Made by a program: the position numbers and the translations under genes. A DNA stretch of 64,000 bases from Geosiphon pyriformis uo1 (lineage: Eukaryota; Fungi; Glomeromycota), in assembly GCA_016748015.1 (NCBI GenBank), contig JAAOMT010000697.1, forward strand, positions 504,868 to 568,867, in the 5' to 3' direction. Below, one piece after another: positions 50,233 to 62,400 of the stretch. The first letter of the stretch is position 1, and each line of letters begins with the position of its first letter. Under the pieces are notes generated by a model, which saw only the letters and a list, made by a program, of their open reading frames with translations, was not told where the DNA came from and ran no database searches.

Positions 50233-53200
50233 AAAAAAAACTTCTTTCTCTCGTTCCTCCACAAATCCCAAAAAAGAGTCAAAAGTTTTTTGGAAGAAGT
50301 TTTTTACCATTCAGTACAATAAATCCAAACCATTTCTGCTTGATTACGAGGCCGTTGTTGGCCCTAGTATTGCTGTCATGAAACAAACGGTTAAAAGTTC
50401 TGGCTTTGAGGGTGGTTTCAAGGCTGTTCTGTTAAGGAAAAAGAGAAGAGGTGGTGTTCTTGAGGACAATGCTGGTGCTGAAGAGGGTTCTGCTAAGGTG
50501 CAAAGTAGTCGTTCGTGAGACTCGGAGACTAGTGATACCACAGAATCTGACAGTGTTGATATGGAAGAGGAGTGTCTTGTAGAGGAAACAAGTTTTGATT
50601 ATGGTGAAGGTGGTGTGCTCATTGGTGGAGATTTGGATCAAATGCCAAAAGGTTTGCAGGTGACAACTAGAAAAGCATTGGGAAAACCTTTGGGAAAGAT
50701 CGACTTCCTAGATGGCAATAATAATGATGATGTTCTTTGGATGCCCCTCTGGTGCTTCCCCCTCCTCTTAAGAACCTGGTCAATGTTTCTGTTAGAAAGT
50801 CATTTGCTTTGGATTTAGATCTGAAAGCGGTAGAAAAAAATTTGGCCCAGGAAAAGCTCAAAAAGATCAGGAGTTTATTTTCAGGAATCAATGGTTTTGG
50901 GGGGGCATCTACCCCCTCAAAGTTCTCAGAGATCATCAGAGCGACATTCACTTCTGAATCAGGTCTAATGAAAGCCACTGAAAAGGCTACTGGTGCGAAT
51001 ATCATGGTAAACACCAATCTTAAGAGATCAGCTGGTCACTCAGATTGGGCTGTGGTGTTAAAGAAAATTCCAGTTGGAACATCAGCTGAGGCTGTGCACA
51101 CTGCACTCTCTGAGTTTGGGATAATTAAGTCGATCAAGATGCAATTGGTGGGGCTGTAGCAGAAGACTGTGGTAGAATTTGAGCAATTAAATCACGCTGA
51201 TTTGGTCATGGCAAAGTGGTCAATCTTAATCAGGAAGGATGCTGTGCAGGTGGCTAGATCAGATTTGGACAAAGAATCATGGGACATGAAGGACCAGCAT
51301 AGGGTGCTGCTCTATACTCTACCAATGGGAACAACTGCTCATGACATCTGGGATTTTATTGGTTCTGTGGGTGAGAAGACGTTGTTACAGGATGGTTTTC
51401 TTGTTATATTTAATTGCTGATATCCTGCTTTAATTGCAATCAGTCTTTCATGAGTTCCTCAATTCTATTTGTGTGATAATGTCACTGTTACACTGAAGGC
51501 TTTCTTTTTACTGTTGTGATGTAAGTTATTCTTTAATTCTTGATTGTTGTGTGTGTTTATGTACTCCTTCTCAGAGGCTGAACTGAAATCTACCCACTGT
51601 CTGGAGTCTTCTCTGAGGCTATCCTTGCAATTGCCTAATGTGTTTCTCTAATCTAGAAACACAGAATGTTAATGGTCTTTAGCACTTTTCTAATTCTCAC
51701 AATAAAGCTTTTATCAATTAGTAACAACGTGAATAATCTTGATCAAAGATTATTCTTCCAAGGGATTCAGTTGATGAATGATAGTTTCATTCAATAAATA
51801 ATACAAGTAAGTTTCTTAATACTTTGGGTTGTGATAGTTCAGTTTTAAATATTCTTTTTCATTTCTTTTTGATTTTAAAGGTTTCTTGGGATATTTAATT
51901 TGAAAGTATGATTTAAAGTGAAGTTTGTTGGATAAAATTGGATCTATTGCTTGATAAGTTATGATTTTTATTACTTGATTGATTCTTTCCCAATATTAAA
52001 ACTACTGTATATATATATGTTTGTAGTTCNNNNNNNNNNNNNNNNNNNNATGTTTGTATGTTCAAGTGCTTTCCTAGTTGATAATAACAGTAATTAATTG
52101 GGAATTTCGTTTTCAAGTTGCTAAATGTGTCTGGTGTTAATTCACTTATTTCTATTTCTTCTATTATTAATGTATTGCCCAATGCTATCTCTAATTTTTC
52201 AATAACTTTGCNNNNNNNNNNNNNNNNNNNNGTATGGTGATGACAGTGGTCGCTTGATTCCAAATTTTTGGCTAAGTTCTTTTAAGGTGCTGTTTACGAA
52301 GTGTGTGCCTTGATCTGATAGCAATTCTTGTGGACATCTATGTTGGCAAATTAAGTCTTCATGTACGAATTGAGCTATGGAAATAGCATCAGCTGTTTTA
52401 ATAGCTCTAGCTTCTGGCCATTTGGTGAGATAGTCCATGGCTACTGCAATATAATGGTTGTTTCTTGTTGTTATTGGTAAGAGTCCAACTAAATCAATTC
52501 CAATTCTGTCAAATGGCTGTCCAACTTTTATTGGTCTTAATAATTCCGTTGTTTTTGCTCCTCCTCTTCGTTGGCATGGGTCACAATTTCTTATGTATTA
52601 GATTATATCTGAGCTCATTTTTGGCCAATAGTAATGGCTAGTTGCATGTTGGATGGTTGCTGTTTTTCCAAAGTGGCCTGAATGAATATCTGAGTGCATG
52701 TTAAATAAGNNNNNNNNNNNNNNNNNNNNTTGATTCTTTCCCAATATTAAAACTACTGTATATATACATGTTTGTAGTTCTACAAGAAAATACTTTCTTT
52801 TTGATATTTCAACCTGGTGCTTGCTACTATCACCAGTTGGTGTTGGCTGCTATTGTGAACTGGTGCTTGCCACTATCGCGAGATGGTGTTTGCTACTATG
52901 TTAATCATTACCTTTCTAAGATTATTACTGTGCTATATTATGATTGAATAGTTTGTATTATTTTTATGATTCTTTTTGCTAAATTCTTAAACCATAACAT
53001 TATCCCCTCCTTTCAAGATTGAGCTCCATCGAAATCGAAGTTAATTTCTTCATTAAATTCTAAGTTACTATAGTGGTTCAATACTGTGTTATTAATTTGT
53101 NNNNNNNNNNNNNNNNNNNNGGATGTTGGTCACCTGTTCTAGGTCGGTATAGGCTACAAATTTTTCTGACTCGGGACCGTCAGGTGAGTCTTGTTGATTT

Positions 53201-53727
53201 ATTGATTGATTTTGAGACTGCTGATTCTCAATTTCCATTTTTCTTTCTAAGTCTCTTTTGTCTTGACACTCTTCACAGCACTGACTTTGGCATGGGATGA
53301 GACAGTTTTCGCAGAGGTAAGTGTTGATTTGGGCGAGGTATTGTTCTTGCTCTTGTCGAGTGGGGCATAGTTGTTGGTAGTAGTTCTAGAATTCGTCCAC
53401 TGGGTCGAACATGTTGTAGCTGGCGACTTTGTCGGCTACTTCGGCTGACTCTTTCCAACGTCGTATTTCTTCAGCGGTTCCTCCTCTTACTTTGGCTTGT
53501 GCGGTGTTGTACAACTCGTCCTTGTCGTGTGGGTAGTGCTGTAGTTTTTTTAACGCTCTGTTGAACGCTGCTTCGAACAGCGTTCCTCCTCTTACCCAGT
53601 CACAGATGAGGATCGTGTATTGGCAAGTTGCGTCACACGTTCCTCCTCTGCCTGGTAAGTCGTTCCAGTCGCACCCTCTTGGTAACGGTTCTCCACAAGC
53701 GAGGCACNNNNNNNNNNNNNNNNNNNN

Positions 53728-54405
53728 TCCCACTTGTGATCAAATTTTCCACTCCACTGTTTTTCCATTTTTGTACGATACAACAATACTTTATCTCCAA
53801 TTTTGTAGCTAATTATATTATCTAGTAACTGGTTATCATGTCTCACTTTTTGTTGTTCTTGTGATTGTTCAATATTTTGTGCTGCTTTTCTTCTTTTGTT
53901 TTCTAAAGTTCTCATTAATTTGTATGTTCTTCTAAGTAGTGTTTCCTGGAATGTTGCTTCCGTGATAGTGTCACTCGGATAAGTTGGAATAGTAAGTTCA
54001 ATGGGTAATGTGGCTTTTCTTCTATAAACTAGTTCGAACGGTGTGAATTGTGTAGTATCTTGTTTTACTGTTCTATATGCTAGTAGTACTGCTGGTATGA
54101 ACAAATCCCATTCTTTTTCATGTTTGTTACTAATTTTCGCCAGTGATTCACATAATGTGCGATTAAATCTTTCAACTAATCCATTTGTTTGAGAGTGGTA
54201 TGGTGATGACAGTGGTCGCTTGATTCCAAATTTTTGGCTAAGTTCTTTTAAGGTGCTGTTTACGAAGTGTGTGCCTTGATCTGATAGCAATTCTTGTGGA
54301 CATCTATGTTGGCAAATTAAGTCTTCATGTACGAATTGAGCTATGGAAATAGCATCAGCTGTTTTAATAGCTCTAGCTTCTGGCCATTTGGTGAGATAGT
54401 CCATG
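53728..54405 (-). pseudogene. Gypsy integrase core (N-terminal HHCC part in fragment 52232-52709)
   Basis: DYLTKWPEA, SDQGTHF, YHSQTNGLVERFNRTL, TPFELVY. Confidence 0.9.
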
Positions 54406-54456
54406 GNNNNNNNNNNNNNNNNNNNNNNNNNNNNNNNNNNNNNNNNNNNNNNNNNN

Positions 54457-55058
54457 AGGTAGGTCTTTGGTTGGCGCTGGGTTTTTGGAAGTGGCCACAG
54501 GTGGCTGGAATTTTGGCCTGGTGGCCATTATAATTGATCAGAAGCTCTTGGGTGGTCCAGTCTAGGGTGGCGTTGGCTTTTGTTAGCCAGTCATTCCCTA
54601 CTAACACTTGATATTGTGTAGCGTCCATTACTAATACTTTTGTAGGTATTACTATGCCGTTAATTTCGAAAGGGAATAAGTCGATTTTGCCATAAGGCAG
54701 CTTTGTACTTCCATCGGCTGTTATGATTTGGAACGTCGCAGCACGATCAACTTTGAAACCCAGTTGGTTTACTAGTTGAAGTGTTATGATGCTTCCAGTG
54801 GATCCACTGTCTAAGATAAGTTTGATTGGGGTATTGTTTACAGTGGGTTCCATATACATAGCAGTGATTGGGCGTTTTTTGTCCAATGCTGCTCCACTGA
54901 ACATAGCCTCGTTTTCCTCTAATTCAAAAGGAAAAATAGCTGCGAGGCTGCTATCTTTGGTGGCAACTGCTGGTGGTATTGTCTGGCTCAATTTGGAGGA
55001 ATTCTTGGTTCTGTTTATGTTTTTACCGTCATTGTTTCCGATGATCAGGTTTTCTGGT
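54457..55058 (-). pseudogene. Gypsy aspartic protease
   Basis: KLILDSGS..VLVGNDWL. Confidence 0.85.
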
Positions 55059-55079
55059 ANNNNNNNNNNNNNNNNNNNN

Positions 55080-55767
55080 GTTAAATAAGATAGTTTCTTT
55101 TTCATCCGTGGTTATAACTCTTAATGGATTATCTGGATTTTGTCGATTCCGGTAATAAAGTATGTGATTTTGGATGAAATAGTGTTTTGCTAATTTTTGG
55201 AGCTTAATTAGCTCTTTTACTGGCATTTCTTTGTCTATTTGTAGTGTTTCCAAGTATTGGCTGAGGTTTTTGTAAAGGTGGTTGTTCATTGTTGTTGTGG
55301 TGGGTGGGTTGGTGATTTTTATGTGTGTCTCATTCTTGATAAACAGTCGGCATTAGCATTTTTGGTATCTTCTTTGTATTTGATAATATAATCGTATGGT
55401 GCTAACGTTTGTGACCATCTGGCGTATTTTCCTTTTAGCGCTTTCTTATTATTTAACCAGACCAGACCTCTATGATCTGTCGTAATCTCAAAGGGTTGGT
55501 ACCATAAATATGTGTCAAAATGAACACAACTCCAGACTACTGCTAAGCATTCAAGTTCATGTGCTGTGTAGTTTTGTTCTGCCGTACTGAGACTTCTGCT
55601 GGCATAAGCGATTACACGTTCTCTTCCATTATCATCTTTTTGTGACAGAATGGCTCCAAGTCCAGTTCCAAAGGCATCTGTGGCCAAAATAAATTTCTTG
55701 TTGAAATTTGAATAGATCATTATTGGTGATTCAATGAGCTTTTGTCTAAGGTACTCAAAAGCTTTTT
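55080..55767 (-). pseudogene. Gypsy RNase H and integrase N-terminal linker
   Basis: FILATDAFGTGLGAILSQ, YASRSL..EQNY..ELECLAVVW, TDH, NANADCLSR. Confidence 0.9.
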
Positions 55768-57563
55768 NNNNNNNNNNNNNNNNNNNNNNNNNNNNNNNNN
55801 NNNNNNNNNNNNNNNNNCTCTAATTCAAAAGGAAAAATAGCTGCGAGGCTGCTATCTTTGGTGGCAACTGCTGGTGGTATTGTCTGGCTCAATTTGGAGG
55901 AATTCTTGGTTCTGTTTATGTTTTTACCGTCATTGTTTCCGATGATCAGGTTTTCTGGTATATTAAGGTAAGTTTGTTGATAATTTTGGTAGTTTGGATT
56001 GGTTTGCTGATTGGTTCCGGCGCGGTTTGGATTCCTCTGGACCAACGCATTCTGGTTCCACATGAGCTGATTTCGGGCCTCGGGATGCCAATTTGGGTTG
56101 GCTATCATGGGCTGTTGCTGGTAAGCTCCTTGATTTTGATACGTGGTGGGATATTGGCATGGTATTGGCGTGTACTGGTTTCTGGGCATTTGGGGTGGCG
56201 TGTAGTAATTATTTTCGCGTGCTTCCTGCATCATTCGCATTCGACATTGACTAATCAAATGTCCTACACATTTGCAAAAATGGCAGGCGCGTGTTTCTGT
56301 TCTGAATTCCTGGCCCGACGAGCGATTATTTCGACTGTCGCTGACTTCTTGGCTGCGTCTTTGGGGTGGTTGGTATGTATTTTTTCTCGGATCCGGGATG
56401 AAGTAACTTTCTATTTTCTTAGAGAGTTCCTCTTCTAATTGCGTTACTCTTTTCTCTAATGTTTCTGTCTTATTTTCCTCCATTATCATGTTAACCATTT
56501 GACTATGGTTAGCTTCTTTCTCAGCCGATTCAAGGGCTCTGGCAAGCGTAACGGCTTCTGGTAAGGAATTAGGGTGGGCAGGGCGTACTTTTCCTAAAGT
56601 GCTGCTTTTTAATCTTCTAATAAACTGATTTAAAACCTGAGGATCAGTGTAGTATTCTTGTTCAATCGCTTCAATCTGACGGCGAATTCGATTGAATCGA
56701 GCAAGGTATTGNNNNNNNNNNNNNNNNNNNNCCACTGGGTCGAACATGTTGTAGCTGGCGACTTTGTCGGCTACTTCGGCTGACTCTTTCCAACGTCGTA
56801 TTTCTTCAGCGGTTCCTCCTCTTACTTTGGCTTGTGCGGTGTTGTACAACTCGTCCTTGTCGTGTGGGTAGTGCTGTAGTTTTTTTAACGCTCTGTTGAA
56901 CGCTGCTTCGAACAGCGTTCCTCCTCTTACCCAGTCACAGATGAGGATCGTGTATTGGCAAGTTGCGTCACACGTTCCTCCTCTGCCTGGTAAGTCGTTC
57001 CAGTCGCACCCTCTTGGTAACGGTTCTCCACAAGCGAGGCACGGTTCCTCGTCCCATTTTCCGTGTCTTTCTGGGTAACCGTATTTTTCTTTGTTACAAT
57101 GATTACAATAGTAGTGGGTGGGGTTTCTTGGGTCTTTGTTTGGTGCGCTGCACGCAGTCATAGACAAGAGTTTCTTCTTGCAAACCGAGCATTCTAGCTT
57201 TGGTCTGCATCACTGGTGGTTTCTTCGTGAACTTACCTGGTTCTATTCGGATCTTTCTTCGCTGGTCCACATTGGTACGGCTGGTAGTCCTGTTCTTTGG
57301 TTATCAGCCCAAGAGAGCTAATAGGTTTCGATGGCTGGTAGTGCTGGATTTTCCTCAAATTTGAAGGTAGGTCTTTGGTTGGCGCTGGGTTTTTGGAAGT
57401 GGCCACAGGTGGCTGGAATTTTGGCCTGGTGGCCATTATAATTGATCAGAAGCTCTTGGGTGGTCCAGTCTAGGGTGGCGTTGGCTTTTGTTAGCCAGTC
57501 ATTCCCTACTAACACTTGATATTGTGTAGCGTCCATTACTAATNNNNNNNNNNNNNNNNNNNN

Positions 57564-58519
57564 AGGTATCCAATGATGGTATCTTCCAGAATGTAGACGG
57601 GTTCTTCTGTGGTGTTTGCGATAGGAATTTTTATCCATTGAGCTTTATCAGCTGGAATAAAAAGGTTAGTAAGTCCTATGAGAAACTGTTGGCAAGTTTC
57701 TGGGTAGGGCTCAAATATTAGGTCTTTTTCTTTAATTGTCCTTTTTATTCTTATTTCTGATTTTCCATATGGTAGGAGCGTGATGGACTGCTCATTTTTA
57801 ATTACTTCGCCTTTTTCCCCTATTGTTTCAGCAAAATTCGCTTCAATTCCTTTTCCTGTCGATCTGAAACCAAAAGTTTCTCTTGTTGTTTGTGACAATT
57901 CCTCACAATTTTCCACTGACACGAATTTCCCAATTTTTACCAATGGTAGGAAAATTGCTTGTGCAATTTTTTCCTTAGATTCAATGGTATAAGGCTTTTC
58001 TGAATTGTTCTGTAGCAAAACCATCAAATTTCCAGTGTATCCAGAGTCAATTACTCCTCCTTGAATGCTTATTCCTTTTTTTGCGAGGCTTGATCGCGAT
58101 GCCATTTGAATTATTATTCCTGGCGGAATTTCAACTGCTATTTTTAGGTCAATTTTGGTGATGCTCCTGGGTGGTAACGTTGTGGATTGGTCTTCCAGAT
58201 AACGTAGATCGAATTCGGCGTCGGTTGGATGGGCTCTTTCAGGTATTATTCCTAAGTGCCCGTTGTCGAAGTATCGGATGTTGGTCACCTGTTCTAGGTC
58301 GGTATAGGCTACAAATTTTTCTGACTCGGGACCGTCAGGTGAGTCTTGTTGATTTATTGATTGATTTTGAGACTGCTGATTCTCAATTTCCATTTTTCTT
58401 TCTAAGTCTCTTTTGTCTTGACACTCTTCACAGCACTGACTTTGGCATGGGATGAGACAGTTTTCGCAGAGGTAAGTGTTGATTTGGGCGAGGTATTGTT
58501 CTTGCTCTTGTCGAGTGGG
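57564..58519 (-). pseudogene. Cys-rich segment followed by trimeric dUTPase within the Gypsy polyprotein
   Basis: All five dUTPase motifs: DAEFDL, SRSSLA, GVIDSGYTG, IAQAIF, RETFGFRSTG. Confidence 0.9.
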
Positions 58520-58539
58520 NNNNNNNNNNNNNNNNNNNN

Positions 58540-59492
58540 ACCATTTGACTATGGTTAGCTTCTTTCTCAGCCGATTCAAGGGCTCTGGCAAGCGTAACGG
58601 CTTCTGGTAAGGAATTAGGGTGGGCAGGGCGTACTTTTCCTAAAGTGCTGCTTTTTAATCTTCTAATAAACTGATTTAAAACCTGAGGATCAGTGTAGTA
58701 TTCTTGTTCAATCGCTTCAATCTGACGGCGAATTCGATTGAATCGAGCAAGGTATTGGGTGACAGTTTCACCAGTATTTTGCTTGATAGTATTGAATTCG
58801 TTCTGTAGTTGGATTACGGTGTTTGAGTCGCTAAAATACTCCAGGAGTGCATTTTTAAATTCGGCGAAGCTCGTGGGTTTTGTTTCCAGGCTTTGATACC
58901 ACGAGTCAGCTGTGCCTTTCAGGAAGAAAGGTAATATTTGAATTGCTCTTTGGTCATTCCAGTTATTTGCCTGGATGGCTTTTTGTGCTTCTCTGAGCCA
59001 TGTGTGCATGTCCGTTTCTTCTTCCTCTCCTGAGAAATCTGTTAGTCTTGCAATGTATGGTGTGGTCATTTTGTTGCCATTTTCTGCTGGTGGGTTTATT
59101 GGTCTAAGAGGAGGTGGGATGATATTTCCTTGAGTGTTCCTAAAGGTGGCTTCCCTTATATCTGGTTCTTCCTCTTGATCATGAGTTTCTTGGTTTCTGG
59201 ACTGGCTGCTTGTTCCAGTGACTGGTCTTGTGATTGTTTTTTCGCTGGTCTCTATTTTGGGTTCTGATTCAGACTCCTCTTCACGGTTTTCAAACTCCGT
59301 TCTAAATTTTGGCTGAAAAAGAGGGTTTTGGAATAGTGATGAATATCCTCCTGTAATTGGTATGTCTCCCCAGTTACGTTGTTTAATTTTATCAATATAA
59401 CTAGGAGTTTTTGGCGTTTGTGGAGTTGATGTTGATGATGATGCAGCTCCTAATGGAATTTGTATCTTATTTTCTGGTGAAAAATGGTATGA
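58540..59492 (-). pseudogene. Gypsy Gag (N-terminal extension plus retrotrans_gag capsid); continues in fragment 55818-56711 with CHFCKCVGHLISQC knuckle
   Basis: FSGEE..WL..LKGTADSWY..IKQNTGETVTQYLARF; 141 stop-free in-frame codons upstream of MTTPY. Confidence 0.88.
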
Positions 59493-62400
59493 NNNNNNNN
59501 NNNNNNNNNNNNCAAAGATTATTCTTCCAAGGGATTCAGTTGATGAATGATAGTTTCATTCAATAAATAATACAAGTAAGTTTCTTAATACTTTGGGTTG
59601 TGATAGTTCAGTTTTAAATATTCTTTTTCATTTCTTTTTGATTTTAAAGGTTTCTTGGGATATTTAATTTGAAAGTATGATTTAAAGTGAAGTTTGTTGG
59701 ATAAAATTGGATCTATTGCTTGATAAGTTATGATTTTTATTACTTGATTGATTCTTTCCCAATATTAAAACTACTGTATATATACATGTTTGTAGTTCTA
59801 CGAGAAAATACTTTCTTTTTGATATTTCAACCTGGTGCTTGCTGCTATCACCAGTTGGTGTTGGCTGCTATTGTGAACTGGTACTTGCCACTATCGCGAG
59901 ATGGTGTTTGCTACTATGTTAATCATTACCTTTCTAAGATTATTACTGTGCTATATTATGATTGAATAGTTTGTATTATTTTTATGATTCTTTTTGCTAA
60001 ATTTTTAAACCGTAACAACATGTGTTATTGATCATCATCTGGTTACGTATGCTAGAGCTAGGTGTGCTGTCATCTGTTTTGATTCTGCTGAATCATTGAA
60101 TGCCATCATGGAAACTATGCCAGTGTTGAGGGGTGCCAATCTACGCTGGTCTTGTCTTGTTTCGGCCAAGTGTGCCAAGTGTGGGAAATCAGGCCATACG
60201 TCATTGGGCTGTGCAATTGGTGGGAGGGTTTCTTCAGATTTGTTTTCGCGTAGAGTCCTGTCAGACACAAATAAAAGCAGATTGGCAGCCATTTATGCCA
60301 AGCAATCAGCTCTAGTTGTTCGTCCAGTCTTTTTTGGTGGTCTTTCTTGGGCAAAGGTTGCTAGTGGGTCTTCTTTTCCTCCTCTCTCTGGACAAAATGC
60401 TTCAGTGAAATCTGGTTCTTCTTCAGAGATGGTGCTGTCTCTGCTGGTTTCAATGAAAGTTAATGATAGGTTTGCTGCTCTTGAGCGCAGTCTCGCCAGC
60501 CTCACGGAGCAGGTGGGTAAGCTGGCTAAGAGATTGGATGCACTTGGGCCAACGGTTTCCCAGCTAAGCCCTGGATGTCAGCCATTGGTGACCTCTTCAT
60601 CACAAAATCAAGGGGCAGATATAGTGATGAGTGAGGGTTCAGGTGCAGCCACTAGTGGTGAGATTGTTGTGGGAGTGGTGTCTTTCGATGTATCTTTGGT
60701 ATCCAAGTTGGAAGACAGCATGAAGTGTCTGATGGAAACAGTTCTGAAACTTTCAGCCAAAGTGGACAGTTTTGGGGCAGGTTCAAATTCCTTTTCTTCT
60801 TAATGAACAGTCTGGTTTGGAATATTGCTACTTGCAATGTCAGAGGTATGAACAATCTTGTGAAACAAGACGATGTCATTTGTTGGCATATAAAGAAGAA
60901 CAATTTAGTTTCTATTTTTACAGAATCATAGTTAAAAGGGAAAATTCGTCTCTGGATTGTCAACAAATATGATAGTGTGTGGGTGTTTACCTCTGGTTTG
61001 AAATCTGGATATCTGGGTGCTGGTGTTACAGTCATCATGAATTCTTCTTTGGTGAAACATGTGTGCAAAGTGCCAGAGGTATCTGGTTAGCTCTTGTCCA
61101 TTAAGTTACTTTTCAAAAATAAACTTTCGGTGTCTATTCTGGGTCTGTATGCTGGTGCTTCCTCAGCAGTTCAGTTCTCTTAGGCTGGTGAAGTCAACTC
61201 TTTCATTGCAAAAGCTGTTAATGAATCTTCTTTTATTGTTCTCAGTGGCAATTTCAATGAAGACAGTTCTTACAAGTGTGCAAGTTTTAAAAAGTGTCTG
61301 AATTTGGGTCTGGTTAATGCCTTGGGTGGGAGCTCCTGTGAGAAATTGCTGACTTGGTCCAATTCTCGGGGCATTGCTAAGATGATTGATTTTATGTTTG
61401 TTTCTTCAAATCTGGTTAATGCAGTAGTTGGTCGTGATGTGTTTGGCGTTGGGGAATACTTTGATACTGATCATCAGGCTGTCTCAGTGTTAGTGGGTTT
61501 GGGTGGTCTGCTTGATGTTCAGTTAAATTCTGTTTGCAAGCAAGCAAATAGAGATCGCTGGAAGTATGATTGCAAGAGTGTAGATGATATTAAATGGGCC
61601 AAATTTAAAGAAGATATGGCGGCAAATGCTGTTATGTTTCATGATGATTTTCTTGCAGCCAGGATCCACTCAGACTTGGATTCAATGTGGGTTGCTCTCC
61701 ATAAAGTGATGTGTCTGTTTGCCAAGGCAGTTTTCAAGAAAAAGTGGTTCAAAGAATATGATAAAAATTTTAGCAAGGATTTGTCCAAATTTCACAAGCT
61801 AGAGCTCTTGGTGTCTAAGTTAGTTAGAGCATCTCATATGGATTCTGCTGAGGAGTTTACATCCTTGCTCGACAGGTGGGAAGGTTTGGATTCGGTCAAT
61901 ACTTCTGTAGTGAAGTCTCTCTTCCTATCAGGTTCTCACTTCAATACTATTCGGTCAGTTTTGTCTAAGGTCAAAAAGTCTTATCACACATCCAAAATGT
62001 CAAAAGCGGAGCGAGTTAAGGAATCTCAAATCAAGTTGACAATAGATAAGAGGATAGAAAGTTTCGAATTGGACAAAGGTCATACTATTAAGAGTGTATT
62101 GGAACATCCTTTTCGCAAAGTAACTTTGGATCATCTGGTTGTTGATGATGAGTTGGTTTTGAAGCCTGCTCTGGTTAAGGCCAAAGTAAATGCAGTCATG
62201 GAGGGATGGACTAGGAAGTGCAATGTAGTTTCTGATGTTACTGGTGTCTGGGATCGCCAATATCAGCCTTTAGAGTATGTTTTTGATGACACTTTTTCTG
62301 GTGTAATAAGCCTAATTGATTTCGATGAGATGTCTAGTGTCGTTTTGAACCTGCCTGATGGGAAGGCAGCTGGTCTCTTTGGTATCTCGAATGAGTTGTG

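Larger units (their letters stand above)
51383..60017 (-). mobile_element. Young Ty3/Gypsy LTR retrotransposon with dUTPase; assembly fragmented by N gaps
   Basis: TGTTAC..GTAACA termini; TSD ACGT/ACAT; PPT GAAAGGAGGGGATAA beside 52999; gag, CCHC knuckle, protease, dUTPase, RNase H and integrase fragments. The RT core is not visible (in gaps). Confidence 0.92.

Noticed and set aside
57840-58260. dUTPase as a host gene or horizontally acquired bacterial gene
   Set aside because: It is in frame within the retroelement polyprotein, intronless and between the LTRs.
52030-59512. Apparent internal duplications and shuffled domain order in the Gypsy element (e.g. 53121-53365 = 58276-58519, 52232-52444 = 54197-54405, 56494-56711 = 58540-58757)
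   Set aside because: The duplicates look identical and each is bounded by N runs, so they are scaffolding artefacts. ORFs spanning the Ns are chimeric.
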